The position numbers and the translations under genes are program-made. This document shows, piece by piece, positions 47,871 to 58,500 of a stretch of DNA of 64,000 bases. Source of the DNA: a virus; the IMG/VR virus record IMGVR_UViG_3300034072_000375, positions 1 through 64,000 of that record; one strand, given 5' to 3'. Every line of letters starts with the position of its first letter. The first letter of the stretch is position 1. The notes below the pieces were generated by a model, which was given only the letters and a program-made list of their open reading frames with translations, made no database searches and was not told where the DNA came from.

Positions 47871-48395
47871 TTAATCGGTTTTAGAGCTATTCTGCAATCT
47901 GAGCTTGTCTAGCTTTTCCTTTACAGTATCGTATTGCCTATAACAACTCAGCAAACCTTGTCTCAGGGTTTCGGTGGTAAGACCATATTGCGCAAGATTT
48001 TCTCCATCTGCTCTTGAGAGTTTTCCAACAATATCTTTTGGTCTACTTTCTGCATCTCCGGGATTTCCGGGATTGTCGCTGGCACTGTGATGCTTGGGCA
48101 AGTTTGACAACCAGCGATGAAGAGACTCGTAACGAGCATTAGCACTAGCGAGATTTTTCTTGTATTCAGCATCGGCTTTTTCCTTCTCTTTTTTGAGTTT
48201 AATACTTTCATCTTTAGCAATTTCGATTTGTCTAAAGACTTCTTTAGAGTATTCTAGCTTCAGTTCATTTGTGGCTTGTGTTACTGCTTTATTGACTTCA
48301 ACTCTGTGCCAAACAAAAAGAGAGATAAGAACAATAACCAGAATAGTAAGTTTAACTTGCCAGCCGCCTAGTAGATTAGTTATAATCCCAAGCAT
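47871..48395 (-). CDS. Rz: i-spanin (Rz-like)
   Basis: N-terminal TM and coiled coil, downstream of the endolysin, with an embedded lipoprotein ORF. Confidence 0.8.
   Translation of the reverse strand: MLGIITNLLGGWQVKLTILVIVLISLFVWHRVEVNKAVTQATNELKLEYSKEVFRQIEIAKDESIKLKKEKEKADAEYKKNLASANARYESLHRWLSNLPKHHSASDNPGNPGDAESRPKDIVGKLSRADGENLAQYGLTTETLRQGLLSCYRQYDTVKEKLDKLRLQNSSKTD
47963..48172 (-). CDS. Rz1: o-spanin (Rz1-like lipoprotein), embedded in Rz
   Basis: MLNTRKISLVLMLVTSLFIAG-C lipobox and a Pro-rich mature part in an alternative frame. Confidence 0.75.
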   Translation of the reverse strand: MLNTRKISLVLMLVTSLFIAGCQTCPSITVPATIPEIPEMQKVDQKILLENSQEQMEKILRNMVLPPKP

Positions 48396-48865
48396 TGTTT
48401 ATTCTCCTGCTGTCTACGTTTAGTCAACCCCGGAAGTGGTTTACCTTTGAACTTATCCCACTTTAGGATTTCATTACAGGCACCTTCGTAGTCATAAGTG
48501 TTTAACTTCTTAACAAGAGTGCTCGAACAAAATGCCTTAGCGCCGATATTGTAGCTGAGAGAAACAAAGCTATCGTACTCATTCTGAGCAAGAGGCACTT
48601 TGATACAAACCTTTATTTGCTTCTCAAATATGCTTACAGTATTACCAAGAAGTTCTGTTGCTTCTTTTCTGGTAATCTTGTCTCCTAGTTGAACTTTAGA
48701 GCCATCTGCGTAAGTTGTATTGCCAAATCCGATAGTTGGCACATCTCCCGGCACTGGAATGTAAGCTTTATCTCTATAGCCTTCATGAACAGCTATACCA
48801 CCAAGACCTGCAGCGGATATTACTAAAGCTATAATTGGTTTTCTAATCTTATCTGGTATAGCCAT
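48380..48865 (-). CDS. Endolysin, GH24 lysozyme, SAR-like N-terminus
   Basis: Catalytic E-8x-D-5x-T pattern (HEGYRDKAYIPVPGDVPTIGFG), SLSYNIG and LPGLTKRR. Hydrophobic N-terminus. Confidence 0.92.
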   Translation of the reverse strand: MAIPDKIRKPIIALVISAAGLGGIAVHEGYRDKAYIPVPGDVPTIGFGNTTYADGSKVQLGDKITRKEATELLGNTVSIFEKQIKVCIKVPLAQNEYDSFVSLSYNIGAKAFCSSTLVKKLNTYDYEGACNEILKWDKFKGKPLPGLTKRRQQENKQCLGL

Positions 48866-48874
48866 ATCATCTCC

Positions 48875-49213
48875 TCAAATCAACCCTACAGCTTTAGCAA
48901 TGAAACTAATAGCAGCCACAGCAGCCATCCACATAGCTTTGTAAGCTAACCCTACGATTCTCTTAGTTTCTGGCTGTTCTTTCTCAAGAGCATCTAGACG
49001 TTTTTCTTGAAGGGTCTGTTCTTTCTTAATTTCTTCATAATGACTATAAAGATTCATTTGTTTTTCTTCAAGCCTGATTAAGCTTTTGATTGCTTCGGAC
49101 ATTTCTTTGTAACTCTCCCGCATATCGTTGCGCAAGTCAGTTACATCCCCGTGCAATGAACTGATACGCTCGGCAATTACTTGAACGGTGGCTTCTTCTT
49201 TATTCTCCTGCAT
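48875..49213 (-). CDS. Putative holin/lysis membrane protein
   Basis: Directly upstream of the endolysin. Coiled coil plus one C-terminal TM. SD GAGGA. Confidence 0.55.
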   Translation of the reverse strand: MQENKEEATVQVIAERISSLHGDVTDLRNDMRESYKEMSEAIKSLIRLEEKQMNLYSHYEEIKKEQTLQEKRLDALEKEQPETKRIVGLAYKAMWMAAVAAISFIAKAVGLI

Positions 49214-49293
49214 AAATCCTCTATTTCTTCTTCCTTTTGTATGAAAAACCAATTAGGAGTGAACACCTGCGGCTTGTAGGTACTTCTCGTAGT

Positions 49294-49755
49294 TCACAGT
49301 GCGATCCCCCCCGCTTGAATGAACAAGGCGTCAAGCTGCTCGTCTGTCATGCCCAGCCCAGCGGCGGTAGCATTGAGAAACGGGCTGGAGCGCTCCCATG
49401 TCAGGGTGTCGTTGAGCGCCACGTCGGCAAGTGCGCGCTGTGTTGGGTCTTGGATAGATGCCGCGTAATCGAGCACTGCGCCCCACAAGCCCTGCATGAT
49501 TAGGGCCGCTTTACCTTGGGCGCGGGTGATCTGTTGCGGAACGGGGATTGGCTGAGGCTCAGGCGGCACATAGGTGGCCTCTACTTCTGCAATTAGCGCC
49601 TCGTACTGAGCAGCGTCTGCGCCAAGATCAGCGCGGAGCATATCCATCTGTGCATTGCTGTACGCTTGGCACTTGATGACCACATCGTTTTCATCAACCC
49701 ATGTGGCTTCAAGTGCCGGTGCATTTTCGTAGCGGATCAGTTGTTTGAGGGTCAC
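49294..49755 (-). CDS. Tail fibre-associated/assembly protein
   Basis: VPQQITRAQ..AL...W.RSSP...GL..EQLDALF..A, immediately after the fibre gene. Confidence 0.65.
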   Translation of the reverse strand: MTLKQLIRYENAPALEATWVDENDVVIKCQAYSNAQMDMLRADLGADAAQYEALIAEVEATYVPPEPQPIPVPQQITRAQGKAALIMQGLWGAVLDYAASIQDPTQRALADVALNDTLTWERSSPFLNATAAGLGMTDEQLDALFIQAGGIAL

Positions 49756-51203
49756 GATGTGGCTCCTTTGATGATGGTGAAATTAATGCGCAGCGCCTCG
49801 GACAAAGACCCCGCAGAAATATTTTTTACGGTTATGTGTGCCCCTGAGGCTAAGACAGAACACGACACTGAGTACTTTTCAGTTGGGTAGCCAATAATTG
49901 AAAAGGCGTCGGTTGTTAAAATTAATGCATCTACTGGTGTGATTAGATTGTTATTCAATTGAAAAGTCGCCAAAGCACCAGCAGCCAACGCCGCGTTGTG
50001 CATCGTGATCTGACCAGTCGGCTTATTCAGCGCCACCGGTGTGGTCTTGCTCGTATCTTGCACCACAGTCCCGCCAGCGCCTGCCCCGTAGCCAAGTGCG
50101 CCGCTTGTGGCTAGGACATTGCCGGTGGTGGGGTCGATGCGCATGCGGTCTGCATTGCCTACGAAGAAGGTGAGCGGGAGATATGCGCCTGAGCCGGTCT
50201 TATATGACGCAAGCGTAACGGCAGCCACATCAACGACGAGTGCAGCGACAGACGCATTTTCTGAGTAACTTGACCTCGCTGAAACAGCAGCATAAGTGGC
50301 TGTGCCGTTTGGAACAATGGTTAGGTCTGTTGCATCGTTCGCCACCCCGGTCTGAAACAGCGTCCGGTTAGCAACCGTGCCGTTGCTGAAATCGCCAGTG
50401 ATGCGCCGACCGGTGCCAGTGAAGTTGATGTTCCCGTCAACATCTCCACCCGTCTTGTCGAACTTGGCACTCACCTGAGATTGTAGTTTTCCGATGGCAG
50501 CAAGCACAGTGTCTGCTGCTACTACCACAGCGTTTGTCGCAGTGCTAAGTCCGGTAAGGGTTGCTGCACGAACATCGGTGAAGAAGTCGCGCCAGGTCTT
50601 GTCGCCTCGCCAGTATTTCTCTGTAGGTGCGGATACAGGTGCTGCGATTACTGGCTCTTTTCCATTTAGGGCTGTTTGGGTGGCGCTTGAGATGGGTTTG
50701 TTGGCATCGCTTGTGTTGTCCACATTGCCCAGGCCCACATCGTCCTTGGTAAGAACTACCTCACCCACCCGACCGGCAACAGAAGTAACCGCATCCGTAG
50801 AGTCGATCTTATCCCAGTCGGTGCCGTTATAAATGAGGCTATCGCCTACACTGTATTCTACTCCGCCCAACGTCCCGGCGACACTGATCTTGTAGTAGTC
50901 ACCAAGCGACGGGGTGGCGGGGTATGCCCCCGAAGCAGCCGAGTGCGATCCGCGATAGATAAGACCTCCGGTTACGGTGGTCTGAGCCCTATCTGCCCAA
51001 TGTTTAGCAGAATACTTGCCAGTCTCAACCTCTACTCCGGGTGCAGCATCAGCCCACTGCTGTGCCTTTACACTAGCAGAAGTAGCAGCCGTAGAGGCGG
51101 CTTGTGCTGCTGCAACAGTTCCATCTAATATAGCCTCGAAGTTATTAAGTTCTCTCCGAATATCCGGGCCGGGTTGCCCGTCATAAAATCTCTGTGTTGC
51201 CAT
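49752..51203 (-). CDS. Tail fibre/receptor-binding protein
   Basis: YSAKHWA, VTSVAGRVG.V.L..DVGLGNVDNTSD.NKPIS and FDKTGG fibre motifs. Confidence 0.85.
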   Translation of the reverse strand: MATQRFYDGQPGPDIRRELNNFEAILDGTVAAAQAASTAATSASVKAQQWADAAPGVEVETGKYSAKHWADRAQTTVTGGLIYRGSHSAASGAYPATPSLGDYYKISVAGTLGGVEYSVGDSLIYNGTDWDKIDSTDAVTSVAGRVGEVVLTKDDVGLGNVDNTSDANKPISSATQTALNGKEPVIAAPVSAPTEKYWRGDKTWRDFFTDVRAATLTGLSTATNAVVVAADTVLAAIGKLQSQVSAKFDKTGGDVDGNINFTGTGRRITGDFSNGTVANRTLFQTGVANDATDLTIVPNGTATYAAVSARSSYSENASVAALVVDVAAVTLASYKTGSGAYLPLTFFVGNADRMRIDPTTGNVLATSGALGYGAGAGGTVVQDTSKTTPVALNKPTGQITMHNAALAAGALATFQLNNNLITPVDALILTTDAFSIIGYPTEKYSVSCSVLASGAHITVKNISAGSLSEALRINFTIIKGATS

Positions 51204-51205
51204 AT

Positions 51206-52027
51206 TTAGAATCCTTCAATCTGAAATGTTGTATTGTGTAGGTTAAAAGCCGAGAAGGATATAGACCCTGCTTGAGAGGGTTTACCATAAATACTATAGT
51301 CCCTTTCTAATACAGGATCATCATGCTCGGCTAGTAAAGAGATAAATAAAAACTTACCTACACCTCTTGATATTAACTGTCTAACCCGCTCTCTATCTAT
51401 GTTATCAATCCAACCTAGATCAAATTGCAGTGTACTATTACGTGGCCCCCAGTCTGATTTAATATCACCACTGGCTGTGCGGGTGTTTTGTGTGAGGTCA
51501 TTAACCCCAATAGAAGCACCATAACTCGCCCCGTACTTAGGGGCATGATAACCTCCTGTGATAATCCTAGACATATCAATAAAAGTATTATCAGGGTTCG
51601 TAATATCAATAACGACACGACGACACGCTACTTGTTCAGAGAGGTAGCAAGCTGTAATAGGGGCTACACCGTCTGTAAAGGCGTTTACATTCAATGCCTG
51701 AGAGAAATCCCAGTTCTCTAATATCGTCCCAGGTGCTGCCCATTTCACCCCGGAATCAGCTAGAATCTGAGTTCCTGCTTCATCTAGGTACGCCCTTACT
51801 CGGATGGTACTGGATGGGCCAAGATTACTTGCAGGTATTACCGCAGCACCAACTGTTTCCAGCTTAAGCCATATTAGTGTAATAGTAGCAGACGAGGCAA
51901 GCACCCTGCAGACTTCACCCTTGATGTCTGTTTTGAGTTTGTCGCTACCCATACCAGCAGCAGTATTGGCTACAGTAATAGTAGCACGATCTGCTGCGTT
52001 GTCGGTGATTATTCTAATTTGAGGCAT
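51206..52027 (-). CDS. Tail tip/distal tail protein
   Basis: Located in the tail module; beta-rich, 273 aa. Confidence 0.6.
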   Translation of the reverse strand: MPQIRIITDNAADRATITVANTAAGMGSDKLKTDIKGEVCRVLASSATITLIWLKLETVGAAVIPASNLGPSSTIRVRAYLDEAGTQILADSGVKWAAPGTILENWDFSQALNVNAFTDGVAPITACYLSEQVACRRVVIDITNPDNTFIDMSRIITGGYHAPKYGASYGASIGVNDLTQNTRTASGDIKSDWGPRNSTLQFDLGWIDNIDRERVRQLISRGVGKFLFISLLAEHDDPVLERDYSIYGKPSQAGSISFSAFNLHNTTFQIEGF

Positions 52028-52036
52028 TTTGGTTTA

Positions 52037-52699
52037 TTAGTAACCGGTTACGTCAACGAGTATAAGACTGCCACCGGCGGGTTGAACCACGATAGGCATA
52101 CCATCAGTCGGGAGAAGTCCTACTGTCGTATCCTGTACTACTGCGTAATTGGCCCCGGTAAGTACTCCATCTACGTGAATCTTGGCTACTCCCGATCCGC
52201 CACCACTGTCAACTCCAACCCTGACAGACGTAACACAAGCTGCCCACTGTCCCGCATAGGGGGCATTAACTTGTAAGGGCGGGAACCCTGCATCTGCATC
52301 ACTAAAGTCAGGAACCTTACCTACTGCACCAATTCTCATAACACTCCAGTCACTACTGAAAGTAACACCACCTCCTGCATCATATACATTTAGACCATAT
52401 CCAGTTGATGCCGGTACTGTCTTATCAAAAATAAACCATTTTATGACTGCAGAAGATTCATAATTTGTGAATCTGTAAGTTACATTGGGCAAACTGTTGT
52501 TGCTAGAAACCACCACTGCACCTCCAGATATTGTCTGAATACACATCATTGGTGTATTCAGGCCGTATGCTGTAATTTCAACCCCAAATTCAGAAGCCGG
52601 TACATTTATGGTTCCACTCTGCGCTAGGGCAAGGTTGACATAATTTTCATCTACTTGCACTGAACCTGAATTACCAACTACTCTAAAGCCGTAAGGCAT
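52037..52699 (-). CDS. Minor tail protein
   Basis: MPYGFRV.. and internal YGLNVYDAGG repeats. ATG after GGAG at 52699. Confidence 0.65.
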   Translation of the reverse strand: MPYGFRVVGNSGSVQVDENYVNLALAQSGTINVPASEFGVEITAYGLNTPMMCIQTISGGAVVVSSNNSLPNVTYRFTNYESSAVIKWFIFDKTVPASTGYGLNVYDAGGGVTFSSDWSVMRIGAVGKVPDFSDADAGFPPLQVNAPYAGQWAACVTSVRVGVDSGGGSGVAKIHVDGVLTGANYAVVQDTTVGLLPTDGMPIVVQPAGGSLILVDVTGY

Positions 52700-52781
52700 A
52701 TTTTCACTCCTAAATTCTGATAATATATCAATAGACTGAGGGGTGTTGTCTAAACCACCCACACCACCCCCACCACACGCA

Positions 52782-53054
52782 CTAATAACTACCAAAGATG
52801 ACAACAGAATCTTGTGGCGCAAAGAACGTATTGGAGAAAGTCCACGTAATTGTATTACCCGATGTAGAAAGGCTGGGAGAACCCGTTGTTGCCCCCATAA
52901 GGTCAGCAAAGAACGTGCCATCGACTGTACCATTGTATGTATAACTTCCATTTGTTGTTCCTGTATTTATTCTACCTATAACTCTACCAAGACTGTGCGT
53001 TGAATCAAACACGGTTCCTCCCGACGAGTTAAATACCTTTATACCGTAACTCAT
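52782..53054 (-). CDS. Minor tail protein
   Basis: MSYGIKVFNSSG..VFDS motif, following a J-like C-terminus. Confidence 0.65.
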   Translation of the reverse strand: MSYGIKVFNSSGGTVFDSTHSLGRVIGRINTGTTNGSYTYNGTVDGTFFADLMGATTGSPSLSTSGNTITWTFSNTFFAPQDSVVIFGSY

Positions 53055-54106
53055 GCTAGTAAGTCCCCAATCCTTACACGCAGCACACCACTGGCATCAA
53101 ACACCTTGATTACATTGTTCGTAATTTCAAGTCTTGCACCAGATGCTGCGCTTTTTACATTTAATGAACCACTAAAAGTAGCATTCCCTCCAACAACACT
53201 AAACCCCGGAGCATAGACATTGCCATCTGATGTAACCTGAAAATATTTCCCGTCATTTGCATTACCCAATAGCAAGCCATAAGGGCCTAAGTGAAACCCA
53301 TTCTGTCCCGATGCGGGCCATGCGTAGCCGCTGAATCCGCCAGTATTTAGGCCGTTAGTGTTAATTCTAACTCCACCGATAGTACCGGTATTAGTCTGAA
53401 TGTCACTGCCGCTAAAAGTACCTCCTGTAAAAGTCTCACCGGCAAAACTTCCACTCTTAATCTGTGTGGCTATGATCTGACCAGCATAGACAACCCCAGC
53501 AGCTAGTTGGCCTGCTCCAATCTGGTTAGCAGCAAGGCCATTGACGTAGGCAAGTGCGCCAAGGTTATTGACCTGAGTTTTGGCGTCCAAAGCACCCGTA
53601 ACCTGTGTATTCAGGTTTACAGTATTCAATAGGGCTAATGCACCCAAACCCGTTATATTACCCGAATTGAGTTGCCCCGCTACTTGTGTCTGCAAGTTCA
53701 CATAATCCTGTGCCGCTAGTGACCCCAGTTTAGTGAGAGTGTATTTACCGTCGTAATTAATACCACCTACAGTAACTCTTGCACGGATAACGGCACTTGC
53801 TGTAGTCATACTGGTGTTGTTGATAACGCAGGTATTACCATTTGGAGATAAGGTTAGCGCACCTGTGACAACAGACCAAACAACCTCACCAGTCAGCCCG
53901 CCCTTTAACTCTGCGGTTAGCGTAATAGAGGTAGGGTTGTTTACTCCAGCAAAAGTACTAGACGTAGCTGTAATATCTACTCTACGCCCCGCATTAGCCA
54001 GCGCAGCATCTAACCCTTCAATATTACTGATAGGGATAGGAATAGGTGCAAGTCGAGGAGATGTAGCTTGAAGCAGTAAATCCCTCGTATTAACAATTGC
54101 ACTCAT
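53051..54106 (-). CDS. Tail fibre/central spike protein with lambda J-like C-terminus
   Basis: LGALA repeats and GARLEITNNVIKVFDASGVLRVRIG at the C-terminus. Confidence 0.7.
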   Translation of the reverse strand: MSAIVNTRDLLLQATSPRLAPIPIPISNIEGLDAALANAGRRVDITATSSTFAGVNNPTSITLTAELKGGLTGEVVWSVVTGALTLSPNGNTCVINNTSMTTASAVIRARVTVGGINYDGKYTLTKLGSLAAQDYVNLQTQVAGQLNSGNITGLGALALLNTVNLNTQVTGALDAKTQVNNLGALAYVNGLAANQIGAGQLAAGVVYAGQIIATQIKSGSFAGETFTGGTFSGSDIQTNTGTIGGVRINTNGLNTGGFSGYAWPASGQNGFHLGPYGLLLGNANDGKYFQVTSDGNVYAPGFSVVGGNATFSGSLNVKSAASGARLEITNNVIKVFDASGVLRVRIGDLLA

Positions 54107-55554
54107 ATAAGAACCTCTATGGTAACTCGTCTAGAAACCCAATCAGACTGAATACCTACAACAATACCCGTCTTACCTTCGGATAAACCAAATCTAGGAG
54201 ATACTAGCGTCAATGCCTGACCAAGTGGTACAGTGAGTAAGTGCGAGTAACCTACAAACTTATACACCGTTCTCGGTTGTTGCCATAAGGTCAGCAAGCG
54301 ATTCGCCTCTGCTGTAGCATCTGATTCCGTAAGTAGTAACGTATCAGTCTGAACAGGCTCAGTATTAAGCTTATAAGTATCTGCTACACTTTGGTTCTTC
54401 GCTGTTACACTAAGGTATTCTTGCATGAATAAGTCTTTGTGTGAAGCAGGTAATCCTGTATTAAGACCAGTCTGCGTAGTATAGTTTTTACAGTAGCCAA
54501 CCTTAATCGCAGCCTTCACGTCAACCCTTTCCTTAATCTCCAGAGACTTAGCGACATAATCCGAAGGTGTAACCACCAATGGTGTTCCTGTAGCCGGTAG
54601 GGTAATCTTCAACAAGCGAAGCAAGCCCTCTCTAGACATGGAAATCTGCGCACCAACAGAACTAGCTAACTGTTGACACACTTCAATAACATTTGATCTG
54701 TCATTCAAGTACACCCCCACCGGCTGAGGGTGTTCGGTATTGAATGCTGCAAATTGAGCAGTATCAATATCAGCAGTAGTCAACCTGTCAGATACTTTAC
54801 CGTATCCCGTTACGAGTCTAGTGATCGTATCAGCAATACGGTTAGAGTAAGTAGTAGGCTTATCTCCTTGTACACTACAAGTAATTGTTCCGGCTTGTTG
54901 AGCAACAAGTGTAAAAGTGCCATCAATCAGCGATTCGTTTATACTGACGGGTACTCCGTTATCTCGGACTTCAATCAGGCGTTCAATTGCTGATCCGTGT
55001 ACTTTGTATTTCAAAGTAGCAGGGTCTACCAGAAGAGGCTCTACATTGTGTACTTCACCAAAACACAAAGGAATTAATCTATCCTTGTTGGACGTAGTAC
55101 CACCAAGCAAGGTTTCGCTTACAGGGGTATTAAGTCTTTGCAATTTATCACGCAAGGATATGTTTAGACGATTAGCTGCTCTACTGTTAATGTTGGCCAC
55201 AATTCCTGTGAAGATTAATCTAAAGTCTGCACGAACCCAAGACACATCCCCAATATAGATTCTGATAGGCTTATTGACCCATATATCGTCTAGCCATGAA
55301 TCTAGTAAACCATCATCATTATTAAGTTCAATATCCCCTACACTAAGTGTAGCACTACCGTCCAGAGGCAAGGTTTCCGTAAAGGCAACCCCACCAGATA
55401 CTACGGGCGAATATACCCGGTTCGCTGGTGAATCTGTTGGTAGAGTAGTATACGCAACTGTACTAAGATAACGAGGAACAGTAGTATCTACTTCTACGAG
55501 TAGCGTGTACCGTCCTCCTTTCTTTAGCCAATCTGTAAATTCAATCTCTGTCAA
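54103..55554 (-). CDS. Tail hub/baseplate-like protein
   Basis: Follows the tape measure gene. IPLCFGEVHNVEP and GDIELNN.DG.LD motifs. Confidence 0.65.
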   Translation of the reverse strand: MTEIEFTDWLKKGGRYTLLVEVDTTVPRYLSTVAYTTLPTDSPANRVYSPVVSGGVAFTETLPLDGSATLSVGDIELNNDDGLLDSWLDDIWVNKPIRIYIGDVSWVRADFRLIFTGIVANINSRAANRLNISLRDKLQRLNTPVSETLLGGTTSNKDRLIPLCFGEVHNVEPLLVDPATLKYKVHGSAIERLIEVRDNGVPVSINESLIDGTFTLVAQQAGTITCSVQGDKPTTYSNRIADTITRLVTGYGKVSDRLTTADIDTAQFAAFNTEHPQPVGVYLNDRSNVIEVCQQLASSVGAQISMSREGLLRLLKITLPATGTPLVVTPSDYVAKSLEIKERVDVKAAIKVGYCKNYTTQTGLNTGLPASHKDLFMQEYLSVTAKNQSVADTYKLNTEPVQTDTLLLTESDATAEANRLLTLWQQPRTVYKFVGYSHLLTVPLGQALTLVSPRFGLSEGKTGIVVGIQSDWVSRRVTIEVLI

Positions 55555-58500
55555 TTTAGTTTAGCTCCTGAAATAACTTGTTGTGTATAATTACTCTTGT
55601 TAATTGCTTCTGTTACCGCAGTACCAGCTTCGGTTGTTGCTGTTGCAAGGATTTGAGTTTGACTTCTAGTATCTTGCTGTCGCTCTGACCTGAGTAGGAT
55701 AACTTGAGCAGTAAGATTACGAACCTCTTCTACTAGCTGAGAGTTAAGTGAAACCAAACCTTGTGAATCAGATTGCATTGCACTTGCTTGGTTTACAGGG
55801 ATAATCGCAATAGGTTGGTTACTTTGACTTTTAGTAGTATGTAACGAGCTATAGTAGCTTGACTGTCCACCACCAAGGCCGTTATTAACTGCATCTAGTA
55901 CACCTTGATTTGGAGTAATACCTAAAGACAACCCCGTAAGGATTGCATTTGATAGCTCAATAAAACCTGAAGATATAAGTTCGCCCACTGCGGTTACACT
56001 CTCATCAATACTACCAAGAAGTTCTAATTGAGATACAGCAGCATCTCTTAGAATTTGTTCATTGTTAGCTTGATCTTGTGTTATGCTTGCAATGAAATCC
56101 AACCCTGCTTGAGCAGTATTGAAATCAGAGGTGTACTGACTACTGCTTGCGTTGTAGGTTCTGGATGCCTGTAGGAAGGCCGTAATGCTACCTTGCAGGG
56201 CATTTTGAGCACCTACATCCCCTACCATAGCCAAGGCTAGATTACTCTCGTATTGACGCTTTGCTTCTGCGTACTGTTCGCTTGGGGTCAACGGAGAGAG
56301 TTCACCTAGAGTTAACGAATCCTTGAATTTCTTTAAGGAGTCGGAGTACGTGCGAAGCCTGTTAATACTACTATCAAGAGCAGTTACCTGACCCTTATAA
56401 GCGGAAACTAACTTATCTTGCGCAGTCCTCGTGTCTTCAATAGCCCATAGTTGACGTTGTAGAACCCTCTCTTGTTCAGTCAAGCCCTGTAGTATATTAT
56501 TTCTAAGAACTTCAATATTACCTGAATTCTGAGATTCAAAAACTGCTTGCTCAAGACTGAGAATGTTCCGGGCAATATCCTCTACTGATCGGGTTTCATT
56601 ACGTAACGCATTAAGAGCATCCGCAACAGTTGTAATAGAGCCAGTTACTTCCGTTGTTACACTAGCGAAAGTCCCAGCAATGGCAAGCAATGCAGCGTAG
56701 ACTTCTCTACCAGACTCTGTAGTCAAGTCCTGTGCCTCTACTAAATCTCTAAACTGTTGACGAGCATCAGTGGCATCAATATCAATCATACTAAGACCAA
56801 GTTCCTTGAAGGATTTGGCTAGTTGTTTTTGAACATTTGCTCTTTGTTCTTCAGCAGAGTAGAAGTTCTGATAGTAAGTTGTTGCATTAGCACGTAGAGC
56901 CTCAATGCCTCCAGAAAGAGTCATCAGTGCAGCAAGTGTTTCATCGCTTGCTCCAGATAACTCCACCAAGGTGGTTGTCAGCGTGTTGAAGACGCCTTTA
57001 ATAACACCAATCTGTTGAATAGCTGTAGACAAGGATTCTATAGAGGCTGATTCACCGAGGTCTGTTAGAATCTGATCTGCCCAGCTTGGTAAATCCATGT
57101 TGAGGAGCACTTGACGAGTATCTTTAGCAATTGCAGCTAGGTACTGTTTGTAACCTTCTTCACCATCACCGAATTCTTTAGGTGCCCATTTACTTTGACG
57201 GAAGTCATCCCAATTCAGAATCTCTACGCCTTGTAGTCGAACCCCAAAGGCACCCCATGCACCATCTTTTGACGTATCGTCGGCAAACGCTACAGCTACT
57301 TCATAACCTGCAGTCTTACCGAAGGTTTTAGCGATACCATCAAAGATTTCAACCAAAGACTTAGACAAGGTTTCCATCGCAGAGATGGTTTCCTTGCCTG
57401 TCTCTACTTGACCAAAACCAATATCAAACGCAGCGCCTGAATTACCCGAAGTTAGACCGCCACTTCTGCTGTAACGAGAAGCACCGCCAGTGTGTAAAGT
57501 GCCGGAGTCATCTAACATTGTAGCAATAGCGCCCAATCCAGCGGCAATCCATCCCCACACTGGAACAGCAGCAATAGCATTTCCGATTCCTGATAGTAAA
57601 CCTGCTGAGGTGGTTGCACCTCCTGCAGCAGCAGCAGCACTTGCCGCCGCCGTAGAAGAACCTAAGCCTAAGCCAAGGGATACCCCCGTTCCAATGTTGC
57701 CTAATCCGGTAGTAAATGCCGTCATACCAAGTAAAGAACTTCCTGCACTTGTCAGTACCGAACCTCCAAGACTACCTAGAAGACTACCTCCTGCACTTCC
57801 TGCTGCACTAGCTGTTGCACCTCCTAAAAGATTTCCTACTAAGCTTCCTAGTACAGTATTAACAACAGCGTTAACCACCATCGTTACAGGCTTGCGTAGC
57901 TCAGCCATGACTAAATCTCTGAACTTCTTAGAACCAGCCTTACCACCTTCAAACAAAGCTGTGACAATAGAATCAGAGATACCGTTCTTGATTGCATCAA
58001 ACTCTTTTTGGAGGTCTTCTGCGTATTGAACAGCTACTTCACGGTTGATTGCTTTTTCTTGTTCTGCTGCATCCTTACGGGCTTGAACTTGAGCATCAAT
58101 CAAAGACTGATAGTCGCTCTCTGGTAAACCATCTTTTTTAGCTTTTGCAATCTTCTCTTCAATTTCACGCAATTGCTTCGCAAGTTTAATATCAACTTCA
58201 CGAAGTTTGTTAGCACGGTTATACTCAATCGAAAGAGCCCTCTGTTCTTCAGCAGTCTTGCCCAACAGAGAGAGTCTATAATCCAAGGATTCGTTCTCTT
58301 TGAGCGTGGCCGCTTGCGAAGCTAGGCTGTCCTCGTTGAACTTACGTGCAGCGGAATTAACATCCTCAAGAGCCTTCTCGTAATCTTTCCAAGCTGGAGT
58401 AGCCATGAAGATAGCACGAGTTAGTTCTTCGATTTCCTCTCTAGACTTACCTAGCAAGGCTGCGTCTTTCTCCATGTTAGCCATGTCAGTGTAATACTGC

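Noticed and set aside
52700-52951. N-terminal extension of ORF 52037-52951 from its first ATG
   Set aside because: It overlaps the 52782-53054 gene, and the SD-supported start is 52699. Only the lipobox portion is noted as a finding.
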